From NCBI GenBank assembly GCA_951406725.2, contig OX597825.1, positions 10,664,001 to 10,728,000 on the forward strand: a stretch of DNA of 64,000 nucleotides, given 5' to 3'. The position numbers were made by a program, and so were the translations under genes. The notes under the pieces were generated by a model. It had not been told where the DNA came from and searched no databases. It was given only the letters and a program-made list of their open reading frames with translations. Origin of the DNA: Octopus vulgaris (lineage: Eukaryota). Of this stretch, positions 27,437 to 39,400 are shown one piece after another (position 1 is the stretch's first letter; each line of letters opens with the position of its first letter).

Positions 27437-30400
27437 GTGTATCTGTTTGCCCCCTCCCAACATCACTTGACAACCGATGCTGGTGTGTTTAGGTCTCCAT
27501 AACTTAGCAGTTTGGCAAAAGAGACCGATAGAATAAGTACTAGGCTTACAAACAATAAGTCCAGGGGTCAATTTGATTCGACTAAAGGTGGTGCTCCAGC
27601 ATGGCCGCAGTCAAATGACTGAAACAAGTAAAAGAGTAAAGAGTAAAATAGAGCGGACAGTGTATTTAAATCTTGGTGCCGCAAGCAGAAAAATCAGAGA
27701 GAGAGAGAAAGAAATATTGGTTTCGAATTTTGGAACAAAGCCTGAAACTTGGGGGAGTGGAAGTGGGTAAGTTGATTACATCAACCACAGTACATAACTG
27801 GTACTTTATTTTATCAACACCGAGAGAATGAAAGACAAGGTTGACCTTCGTGGAATTTGAACCATGGACACAAAGGTAGATGCAATGTCACTAAGCATTC
27901 AACTTCATGTCATCTGCGATATTTCTCTTGGTTCTTTGTCCAAGAGTTCAAACACCACCAAGGTAAACTTAGCCACTCACCTTTGTCGGGGTCAAACAAG
28001 AATGGGAATGGAAGGGAAGGGGGTGCAGATGATTTCTAACCTAGGGAGACAAAATCAGAAATTTGGAAGGAACAGTTGATTTAATTGACTGTTCCCTCTC
28101 CACATTATTGATCATCATCATCATCATCATCGTTTAGCGTCCGCTTTCCATGCTAGAATGGGTTGGACGGTTCAACTGGGGTCTGGGAGGGAAGCTAGAA
28201 GGCTGCACCAGGCCCAGTCTGATCTGGCAATGTTTCTACGGCTGGATGCCCTTCCTAACACCAACCACTCCATGAGTGTAGTGGGTGCTTTTTACATGCC
28301 ACCGTGATGAAGGCGGATTTGGCAGAAGTGGTAGAGCACCCGAAAAATACTTTGTGCTGTTTGTTCCAGCTTTTTTTATATTCTAAATAAAAATCCTGCC
28401 AGAGTAGCTCAGCTTTGCCTTTTATCCCTGAAGTCAATAAATTAAGGTCCTAGTCAAATACTGGTGTCAATGGCATCAGGTACCCCTCCTCTCAAAACTG
28501 GTTGCCCTGAGCCTTAATTAGACATAATTATTACTGTTAATTATTGTTCAACAGATCATGGTATTAGGATCAAGATCCTAAGGCGGCGAGCTGGCAGAAA
28601 CGTTAGCACGCCAGACGAAATGCTTTATGGTATTTCATCTGCCGCTACGTTCTGAGTTCAAATTCCGTCGAGGTCAACTTTGCCTTTCATCCTTTCGGAG
28701 TAGATTAAATAAGTACCAGTTGCGCACTGGGGCGATATAATCGACAATCCGTCCTTGTTTATCCCTTCTGCGTTTAGCCCCTTGTGGGTAGTAAAGAAAT
28801 AGGTATTTTGTCTGCCGCTACGTTCCGAGTTCAAATTCCGCTGAGGTCGACTTCGTGTTTCATCCTTTCGGGGTCAATAAATTAAGTACCAGTTACGCAT
28901 TGGGGTCGATATAATCGACTTATTCCGCTTGTCCTCGTTTGTCCTATGTTTAGCCCCTTGTGGGTAGTAAAGAAATAGGTATTCGGACCAAGATGTTACG
29001 ATCCAAGGGAATCTACTCATGACTGTCATTCAAAAAGACAATAGAGTATTATTTGAAGGAAATTTGGCTGCTATTTTTAGCTGAATGAGCAACTACACAG
29101 GGGACTTCCATCTATTTACATCAAGAGTTCAAATCCCACAAAAGTCAACTTTACCTTTCATCCTTCCACGACAGAGGGAGTTTGATCAAATTAGTACCAG
29201 TTATGCACTGAGGGTTACCGACAGGTTTTCTCTGACCAAAGAAAACATTCTGATATTTACTTTTATCTTTTGTTTCAGTCATTAGACTGCGTCCATGCTG
29301 GAGCACTGCCTTGAATTATACTATCACATCAGAATTTCAAAGCTATGAGATAATGCATGATTAATTCAAAATCCGAATCGTAGCCGAAGCCAGTGCCGCC
29401 TCGACTGGCTTCCATAAAATGCACCATCCGAATTGCGGCCGATGCCAGCGCCGCCTCGACTGGCTTCCGTGTCGGTGGCACGTAAAAAGCACCATCCAAA
29501 TCGTAGCCGAAGCCAGTGCCGCCTTGACTGGCTTCCATAAAATGCACTAATCCGACCGTGGCCGATGCCAGCCTCACCAGGCACCAGTGCAGGTGGCACG
29601 TAAAAAGCATCCACTACACTCACGGAGTGGTTGGCGTTAGGAAGGGCATCCAGCTGTAGAAACTTTGCCAGATAAGACTGGAGCCTGGTGCAGCCTTCTG
29701 GCTTCCCAGATCCCCGGTTGAACCGTCCAACCCATGCTAGCATGGAGAACGGACGTTGAACGAAAAAAATATGAATAAAAAAGCATCCCATTTGACAGAA
29801 TAATTGGAATGGTAAAGGGTTAAAATGTATCACTAAGAACTCGTTACTCTTGATTATAATTCAGTTCAGGTTGAGGAAAACAGGAGACTGACAGAAAAAG
29901 GACCAGGATTTATAAAAAAAAGTGTGGTAAGTAGCTTGCTAACCAACCACATGGTTCCGGGTTCAGTCCCACTGCGTGGTATCTTGGGCAAGTGTCTTCT
30001 GCTATAGCCCCGGGCCAACCAATGCCTTGTGAGTGGATTTGGTAGACGGAAACTGAAAAGAAGCCCGTCGTATATGTGTATATATATGTATATGTATGTG
30101 TGTATGTCTGTTCCCCTAGCATTGCTTGACAACCGATGCTGGTGTGTTTACGTCCCCGTCACTTAGCGGTTCGGCAAAAGAGACTGATAGAATAAGTACT
30201 GGGCTTACAAAGAATAAGTCCCGGGGTCGATTTGCTCGGCTAAAGGCGGTGCTCCAGCATGGCCGCAGTCAAAAGAGTAAAAGAGTAAGTACTGGGGTTG
30301 ATTCATGTGACTAAACTCTTCAAGGTGGTGCCCCAGCATGGCCACTGTCTAATGACTGAAACAAGTAAAAGATAAAGGGCTTGTGATCATACATACTTTT

Positions 30401-33400
30401 ATTGAGCAACACAGATCAACTTGGACGGAACCAGTGACAGGCTCATGAAAGCCCCGTGACTAATGAAACGGCCACAATAAGCAAGCTCTGTTAGTAGAAG
30501 TATTTACCAAACTGGCTTACCTATGTTGTAGGTATGAACATCATTTTGTCTGCCTTTGGAATCACGACCACCGAAGATGATAATATCTCGTTCTAAGACA
30601 CACATTGTTGAAGCAGCTCTGGCTGATGGCACAAGCAAATTCATATGCATAGGCTGAGACCAGACATCCGTTTCTACAGTAAAAGACAAAAAAGAAATTA
30701 GACAATATAATTCATCTTTTAATGACATGGGGCTGTTCAAAGAGACAACATGCATGCATACAATATATAGACACACGTATGAGATCTGTACTACTTTAAT
30801 GTCAACAGACTCAGTACCAGACAGTAACATAATATGGAAACCACTGACCAGAGGGAAATTTAAATTCCGATCGTGGCCTTTGCCAGCTCTGTCTGGTCTC
30901 CGTGCCGTTGGCACGCAAAAAGCACCATCCGACCGTGGCCGTTTGCCACCCTCGTCTGGCACCTGTGCCGTTGGCACGTAAAAACCACCATCCGACTGTG
31001 GCCGTTGCCAGCTTTGTCTGGTCTCCGTGCCGGTGGCACGCAAAAAGCACCATCCGACCGTGGCCGTTTGCCACCCTCGTCTGGCACCTGTGCCGGTGGC
31101 ACATAAAAAGCACCATCCGACCGTGGCCGTTGCCAGCTTTGTCTGGTCTCCGTGCCGGTGGCACGCAAAAAGCACCATCCGACCGTGGCCGTTTGCCACC
31201 CTCGTCTGGCACCTGTGCCGGTGGCACGTAAAAACCACCATCCGACCGTGGCCGTTTGCCACCCTCGTCTGGCACCTGTGCCGGTGGCACATAAAAAGCA
31301 CCATCCGACCGTGGCCGTTGCCAGCTTTGTCTGGTCTCCGTGCCGGTGGCACGCAAAAAGCACCATCCGACCGTGGCCGTTTGCCACCCTCGTCTGGCAG
31401 CTGTGCCGGTGGCACGTAAAAAGCACCCACTACACTCACGGAGTGGTTGGCATTATGAAGGGCATCCAGCTGTAGAAGCACTGCCAGATAAGACTGGAGC
31501 CTGGTGCAGCCTTCTGGCTTCCCAGACCCCAGTTGAACCGTCCAACCCATGCTAGCATGGAGAACAGACGTTAAACGATGATGATGATGAAAGGGAGAGA
31601 GAGAAACTAAACTAGGTTTAATTCTCACCAATATCAAAACACCAAATAGTCCAAATTTGATTGTCGAATCTTGTGATTAGAAAATCTACAAACCCCTTCA
31701 CTGCATTAGATCACTTGTTTTACATATGGGGTTTTCTACTCCATCTCAGAAACCAACAATGTAAAGAGCAGTCAGTGAAATGCTTTAGTGTTGGTACCGT
31801 GTAAAAAGCACCCAGTACACTGTGAAGTGGCTGGCATTTGGAAGGGCATCCAGATGTAGAAAGCATACCGAAGTAGACAATTGGACCTGGTGCAGCTCCC
31901 TGACCCTACCAGCTCATGTCAAACCAGTCAATCCATCCATACCTATTTCTTTACTACCCACAAGGGGCTAAACACAGAGAGGACAAACAAACGGATTAAG
32001 TCGATTACATCGACGCCAGTGCGTAACTGGTACTTAATTTATCGACCCTGAAAAGATGAAAGGCAAAGTCGACCTCGGCGGAATTTGAACTCAGACCGTA
32101 ACGGCAGACGAAATACAGCTACGCATTTCGCCTGGCGTTCTAACGTTTTTGCCAGCTCGCCAATCCATCCATACCAGCATGGAAAACGGGTGTTAAATGA
32201 TGATGTTACTTCAACTGATCAATTGCCATGGTTTGACTAAGTCATCAAATAATACAACAGTAATTACAGATTAAAAATGTTAGGTTCAGAGGGTATATAC
32301 ACACCTGTATTGAAGATATACAAGTCATCAAACCATTGGAATTCAACTCCTTTCTGCTGCCAACCATCTTCATCCTCTTCTTCAGAAGACACCTCTTCAT
32401 CTGCATCTTTATCACCTTCATCCTCCTCCACTTCATCTTCCTAAAAAAGAGGATTAACATTACAACCCTGCCTAGAATAATGGGTGGCGAAAATGGATGA
32501 AATAAAGAGGTGGAAACAGGAATAGTGTTAGTGGTGAGTCAGGGAGGAGTGAAGCAATATGGAAAAGTAGGAAGTAGAGACGAGTGGCATGTAATTAATT
32601 TTAAAGAAGTGGAGGTTGTTGTTGTTGTTTGAGATAGAGATGACAGAGAAGAAACAGCAGATCCAGGAGGCAATGTTTGGAACCCGTTGATGACAGAATC
32701 TCTTCCAAACAACCAAATGGCTTTCTTTCTGATGCAGTCAAAGCTGCCTTTGTGTAGCGACAGTATCATGATGTAGACAGGCGCAAGAGTAATGGGGGTC
32801 CTATTTGATTGAGGGGGGCACTCAAGGAAAATAATCTATTGAGGATAAATTTTCTAGCACCGTAGAGAAAAACTTTAGTCTATGAAAAGCTGATTTGGTA
32901 ATGCTTTATGCTGGGAAAGACCAACAGATTAGAGCCTCTCTGGAGTAACTTCTGAAGGCTTTAATTGTGGTCATGGGTAGAGAATGGAGTGTGTAATAAT
33001 CTGTTTCCTTGATAATGCAATAATTGGGTCTGTGTACTGTTAAGGGAGAGGAGGTTGTTATGTTCCCATTAAAGGATATTTCCAAGATTTGTTTTTGGAG
33101 GCAATGAAAATCGGCCATGAAGCATTGAGGTTGCATGTTCTTTAACTCCAAGTCAGCCTTAACCCTTTAGCATTTAATCCGGCCATATCCGGCTCAAATA
33201 TTCTAACTGTTTTATGTTAAAACTGTCTGGATCCAACCTCTCACACCTACCCTACAACGTCATTTTAAAAATATATAGCCACACCATTTAAATTTTGAAG
33301 TTGCAAAATAATATGTGATTAATTCAAAACAGTATGAATAAATAAGCAATAAATTTCACAAAGAAATCTGAATGCTAATGGGTTAATACAGCCACCATCA

Positions 33401-36400
33401 TCATCTCACACTTTCCAAACGCAGGTCAACATTATCAAATGTATCCAAGTGCAATTCAAGGGAGATTTTGGCAGACTAAACAATCGTGTCTCATCAATTC
33501 CATATCATTTAACGTTTGTTTTCCATGCTGGCATGGGTTGGATGGTTTGACAGGAGCTGCCCAGCCAGAGATCTATCCAGGCTCCAACTGTTTGTTTTGA
33601 CATGGTTTCTATGGCTGAATGCTCTTCATAGCGCCAACCAGTTTACAGAGTATGCTGGATGCATCCTACATGGCACCGGGATGCATGCATCTCATGCAGT
33701 ACCAAAATGTAGCATGGTAGTATTTCCATAGCAGTACCTGTTAGAAATAAGTATGTCGGTAATGTACAGAAAGAGTGGGGAAATGAGTAAATAAGGGCAG
33801 GAATAAGGATTAGATCTGGGAAAGTTACCTGTGGGAGACTAACATCTTATCTGTTACATTAAACACAGCAAAACTCAAAGACAAAGAGACCTGTGGATAC
33901 AAAGGTTTACTAAAAAAGGAATTTTTCTATCTTATTTAATCATTTAAATCCACAATAAATATTAAAAACTAAATAGGAATGAAGAAGCCATACACTATGA
34001 TCAGAGACGTGTTTGGCAAAGAAAATCTTGGACTAAAAATCAAAGAAAAAGTAGGTTGAATGCACAAGGATCACATGGCAGAAGCAGAATTAAAGACAAG
34101 AATGACATGGAACCAAGTGAAGAGGAAAGTATTGGACAATGGTTTGGAAAACTGCTATGGAGAAACTATATTCCATTAGAAATCAAAACAGATGATAATT
34201 ACACCAGAGCAAGAATACAAAAATAGGGTACACTTACATCATCTTCTGACATTTTGGGTCCAAATCCACCAAAGTAGTAAATATTCTTGCCAGCAGCTAC
34301 ACAGGACACTTTATCTCGTGGGCTGGGAATGGTGCCACTTGTGCTCAAAAGAGACCAGGTATTTTTAACTGATAACAAAAAGATGTGGAGTTATAAAAAT
34401 ATATACATACAGTAGACTTCGGACAAAATTGTCCGGTCTGGATTTTTGTAATGGAAATTTCATATAGATTTTGGATCCTATAATAGACTCAGATATAACA
34501 GACAATCACTTATGACGGACGATTTTTCTCGGCCACAATGGTCAAAAAACAAAGTAAATTTCCTTGGTTATTTTTAACTAATAACTATCTGTTTTATGCA
34601 ATGTTTCAACTTATTTCTAGCAAATCTCCAGTATTCAGTATTTTTTTTTTTTGCTTTTTTAAAGCTTCGTACTTATTCTATCAGTCACTTTTGAAAAACT
34701 GCTAAGTCAGGGGATATCAAGAAGTAATGGTGTACAAACAGACAATAAGACACACACGACAGGCTTCTTTCAGTTTCTCTCTGTCAAATCCACTCACAAG
34801 GCTTAGGTCAGCCCAAGACTAACTACAGTGCAAACTTCTTACCACACAGCCAAACCTACCTCTGTGTGTAATGGACTCTCCCATCAAAAGCAATGTATGA
34901 GTGTTCAGCATTTGCTGACCGACCTGCACAAATGGTTTGTTTATAGTGATCAAATGATCGTACTGCACATTAGCTCACTCCCTCCATCAAATAAGCATTG
35001 TCTGAACAGGTGCACACGTGTGCCACGTGTCAGGTGTCAAAGTGATTGTACAGCAACGTGAAATGAAGTGTTTTGCTCAAGAATACAATGTACCACCTGG
35101 TCTAGGAACTGAAACTACGATCTCACAATCGTGAGTGCAACACCCTAACCACTAAGCCAGGTGTTCTCACTCTATAACAAAAACGAGAGTTCACAGATGC
35201 AAATGTGTGACTAGGCATGCATTTGCATAAATCATTGACTTGATAAATATCCCTTGAAAACTATCGGCACGACAAACTATTGCCTTTCAGAAACTATGCC
35301 AGAGATATTAATACATGCATACACTTAAAAGCAATGGTTTTTCTCTTCTTTTTTTTTACACCTTCCACTCCACCACCAGATAAAATCACATACATATGGT
35401 TACTTCAAAAGTATTTTCTTTCAAACCACAGTATACATTTACATGAACACACTTGTGCTCTTGTTCAATCAGTCGTGACCCAACATACACCTGGAATTTG
35501 AATGCCTATACTCGTGTAGAAACCCAAATACACAATCACAAATGATTACTTAATACTCAAGCCAAGAAATATATACGAACCTGTATTATAAGCATGTATA
35601 GTATTGAACCATCCCACATCTTGGTTAAGTCCACCAAACAAAAAAAGAATGTTTCCGACAGCAGCCAATGCAGATCCTGATGATGGTTTTGGAACTTCTC
35701 CATTTGCTTCACAGGTAGTCCATTTCTGTGTCTCTGAAGAAATGAGGACAAAGGAAGATATAGCAAACATGTAATGAGAAAACAAAAACAGCTGTTGCCA
35801 AAATTAAAATATGTCGCAGAGAGAAAAGAATTTGATTTCAGCCAATGTGTAAGAGAGCAAGTTTAAGATATATAACCAAGTGAAACTGTGGTCATGACCA
35901 ATGCTGGAGTCATGTAACTGGTATCCATGCTGGTGGTACATAAAAAGTACCTATTTCTTTACTACCCACAAGGGGCTAAACACAGAGAGGACAAACAAGG
36001 ACAGACGGATTAAGTCGATTATATCGACCCCAGTGCGTAACTGGTACTTATTTAATTGACCCTGAAAGGATGAAAGGCAAAGAGGACCTCGGTGGAATTT
36101 GAACTCAGAACGTAGCAGCAGAAGAAATACCGCTAAACATTTCACCCGGCATGCTAATGATTCTGCCAGCTCACCGCATAAAAAATACCTGTCAAGCGTT
36201 GGCCTTACGGAGGCAAGGTGGCCAATGTCAGTGGCATGTGAAAAGCACTTTTCAAGTGTTGGGCCTCACAGAGGAAATGACAAATAGCCAAGACCTTTGG
36301 CATTATTCTGTGCTTGAGAAGACCCATCAAACCAAGTAAAACCATATTCATGGCAGATACTGGTGTCACGCAAATGGCACCTGTGCTGGTGGCACATAAA

Positions 36401-39400
36401 AGCACCCACTACACTCTCGGAGTGATTGGTGTTAAGAAGGGCATCCAACTGTAGAAACCATGCCAAATCAGACTAGAGTCGGGTGCAGCCTTCTAGCTGG
36501 CCATCCCTGGTCAAACTGTGCAACCCATGCCAGCATGGACAATGGATGTTAAATGATGATGAGGAGGAGGAATGTAGACTTGAAGAGACCAGAAACAACT
36601 TATATCGTCCAAATTCTGACAAAGTAAAAATAAACAGGCACAGTTGTGTGGATAAGAGGTTCACTTACCAAGCACATGGTTTTGGGTTCAGTTCCTCTGT
36701 ACAGCACTTTAGCAAATTGTCTTCTACTATAGCCCCAGACTTGTGAGTGAATTTGGTAGACGGAAACTGTGTGGAAGCCCACTATGCATGTGCATGTCCA
36801 TCACCACAATACAATTAGTGTTGGTTTGTTTACATCCCCATGACTTAACAGTTTGGCAAAAGAGACTAATAGAACAAGTACCAAACTTTAAAGACAATTA
36901 CATCATCATCACCATCATTATCATTTAAAGTTGGTTTTCCATGCTGGCATGGGTTAGATAGTTTGATAGGAGCTGGCAAGAGTGGAGAGCTGCACCAGGC
37001 TCCATTGTCTGTTCTGGCAAGGTTTCTACAGCTTGATGCCCTTCTTAACATTAACCACTCTATAGAATGTGCTGGGTGCTTTTAATGTGGCACCAGCACC
37101 AATTCTGCTGTGGCAAACAGGTCTTCTTGAATACAGAAAGGCACCTGATATCTTGATCCTTCGCCATCTCCTTTGTACGGCTGTCTTGATTTCTGGAAAA
37201 TTTTGGACTTAAATTTCATTCAAAGTCCTGGCCATTAGGGAAGACCTGCATCATGCAAGCTCCCTATAAAGAGTGTGTCACAAAAGTCAAGTTTAACAGA
37301 TACTTCATCAGAAAAACTATCTTTTGTATAAGTTAAGGATTTCATGTATTGTTGGGTACACCAAATGGTGAGTGTAAAATAGCTTTTGAGCACTAAATGA
37401 AAGAATGATTGCTGTGATATATGCCCAGAGAATTTTATTCACAATTCAAATCAATGGACTCAGTCTCACCAATTAAACTAATGTGAAATGCATTTAAACA
37501 ATTATTTAACTATCAAAGCTGTTCCTCATTCGTACTTAAAATGAAACTACTTCTAACAAGGTGGAGCCACGTGGCTTAGTGGTTAGGGTGTCATCATTAT
37601 GATCGTAAGGTTGTGGTTTCAATTCCTGGACTGGGCGACGCGTTGTGTTCTTGAGCAAAACACTTCATTTCACGTTGCTCCAGTCCACTCAGCTGGCAAA
37701 AATGAGTAACGCTGCGATGGACTGGCGTCCCATCCAGCTGGAGAACACATACGCCATAGAAACCGGGCCCATGAGCCTGGCTAGGCTTTAAAAGGGCGCA
37801 TTTATTTATTTTTTTACTTCTAACAAGAAACTTACACTTTCATGGGGTCCTGAAAACGAAGAAACACCTGAAGTTATTCTTCGGAAATGGTGATCATTCA
37901 TTTCATCTATTTGTTAGACAATTTCTGTTAAAAAAAAAGTTTTCATTTCTTTAATTCTTCTTTTTCAGTTCAGTGATACACACACGGTCGCACAACCATA
38001 CACACCCACGAGCGAATTCAACAGTGAAACACTCGCACACACATTTTTGCTTCACGAATCGCTTACGTTTGTTTCATGTATGCATTTTTGTGTATGCAAG
38101 TATCTGTATGTATGCATGTGCATCTAAGTATCGGTTTATGAGTGAGCTGAACAAAAATTAAAGAAATAAAAACTTTTACGGAAATTGCCGAACAAATAGA
38201 TAAAATTACTATCTTTTTAGTTTCAGTTTTGTGATACCATCTGGGAAGGATAACCGGGCGAAGTTTCGCATGTCGTAGATCAGATTTCCGTCGATTTCCG
38301 TAAAAAACTTTTATTTTTTTACATAAGTAATGAGAGCGAAAGAGACTAAGAGGAAGCGATTTTACGACGTGAAGGTTTCACTTTGAAGTCGGCCTGTGTG
38401 TGTTTGATGGGGTGTGGGAGACAGACAGTATGTTGTGTAAGTGAAGTGCTTCTGTTAGTGTGTGCGAAGAGACAGAGAGAGTAATGTGTGAAAGAGAGGG
38501 ATAACTGATTTTTTACTCGGTGTATGTGTATATGTATGTATGCATGTATGTGTGTGTGTGTGTATGTATCTATGTATGTGTGTGTGTAAGTATGTGTGTG
38601 TGTATGTATGTATGTATGGCCGATTCATCGTAATTTTTTACTCGGTGTATGTGTATATGTATGTCTGCATGTATGTGTGTGTGTGTATGTATCTATGTGT
38701 GTGTGTGTGTGTGTAAGTATGTGTGTGTGTATGTATGTATGTATGTGTGTGTGTGTATGTATCTATGTATGTGTGTGTGTGTATGTATGTATGTATGGCC
38801 GATTCATAGTAATTTTTTACTCGGTGTATGTGTATATGTATGTCTGTCTCTTCACACACACTAACAGAAGCACTTCACTTACACAACATACTGTCTGTCT
38901 CCCACACCCCATCAAACACACACAGGCCGACTTCAAAGTGAAACCTTCTCGTCGTAAAATCGCTTCCTCTCTTAGTCTCTTTCGCTCTCATTACTTATGT
39001 AAAAAAATAAAAGTTTTTTACGGAAATCGACGGAAATCTGTGCTACTACAACCGAAACTATGCCGATAACCGTACCTGACGTTCAATAATCATGATCCAG
39101 TCATCGAATCAATTAGGTTTTAAGATCACCGGTTTTAAAATTTCAAGTACATAATCTTGGTCTACATTCAAGAACGTATCTCCGTAAACTTTCACTAAAG
39201 AATAAATTCGGAGAGATGTAAGGTAAGCACTGAACAGTTATGTCCTATAATCTAAACACCTGACACTCAAAATTAGGCAAACTACGGCACAAATAATTAT
39301 TCCTCAAAGACACGCTGTTGATTTGAACTCAAAATTTCAGAAGTGATGGCCTAATATATAATCTATTTCATCTTTACACGCTTGCGAGAATGGAATATAG

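Noticed and set aside
29396-29500. HDV-like ribozyme in the modules (GCC-GCCUCGACU-GGC resembles HDV P3/L3)
   Set aside because: No consistent P1, P2, P4 or J4/2 catalytic C could be built, and the loop varies freely between modules.
31150-31180. Pistol ribozyme (CGUG..CACG-UAAA resemblance)
   Set aside because: The pseudoknot partner follows the A-rich linker directly; pistol P2/P3 and the conserved GCG and GU elements are missing.
30866-31428. CRISPR-like repeat/spacer array
   Set aside because: The spacers are only ~16-17 nt and come in two recurring types, there are no cas genes, and the array sits in a eukaryotic intron as the 5' part of a dispersed retroposon.
30504-31637. 377-aa ORF as a single-exon gene
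   Set aside because: It reads through the antisense retroposon array; only 30521-30673 is a real kelch exon.
32470-33155. Possible Penelope or other RT relic on the minus strand
   Set aside because: Only faint motif echoes (IIKETD, SFNG); too decayed to support without a profile search.
17759-36890. Antisense bias of CORE-SINEs in kelch introns (6 of 7 copies)
   Set aside because: Too few copies to distinguish from chance.
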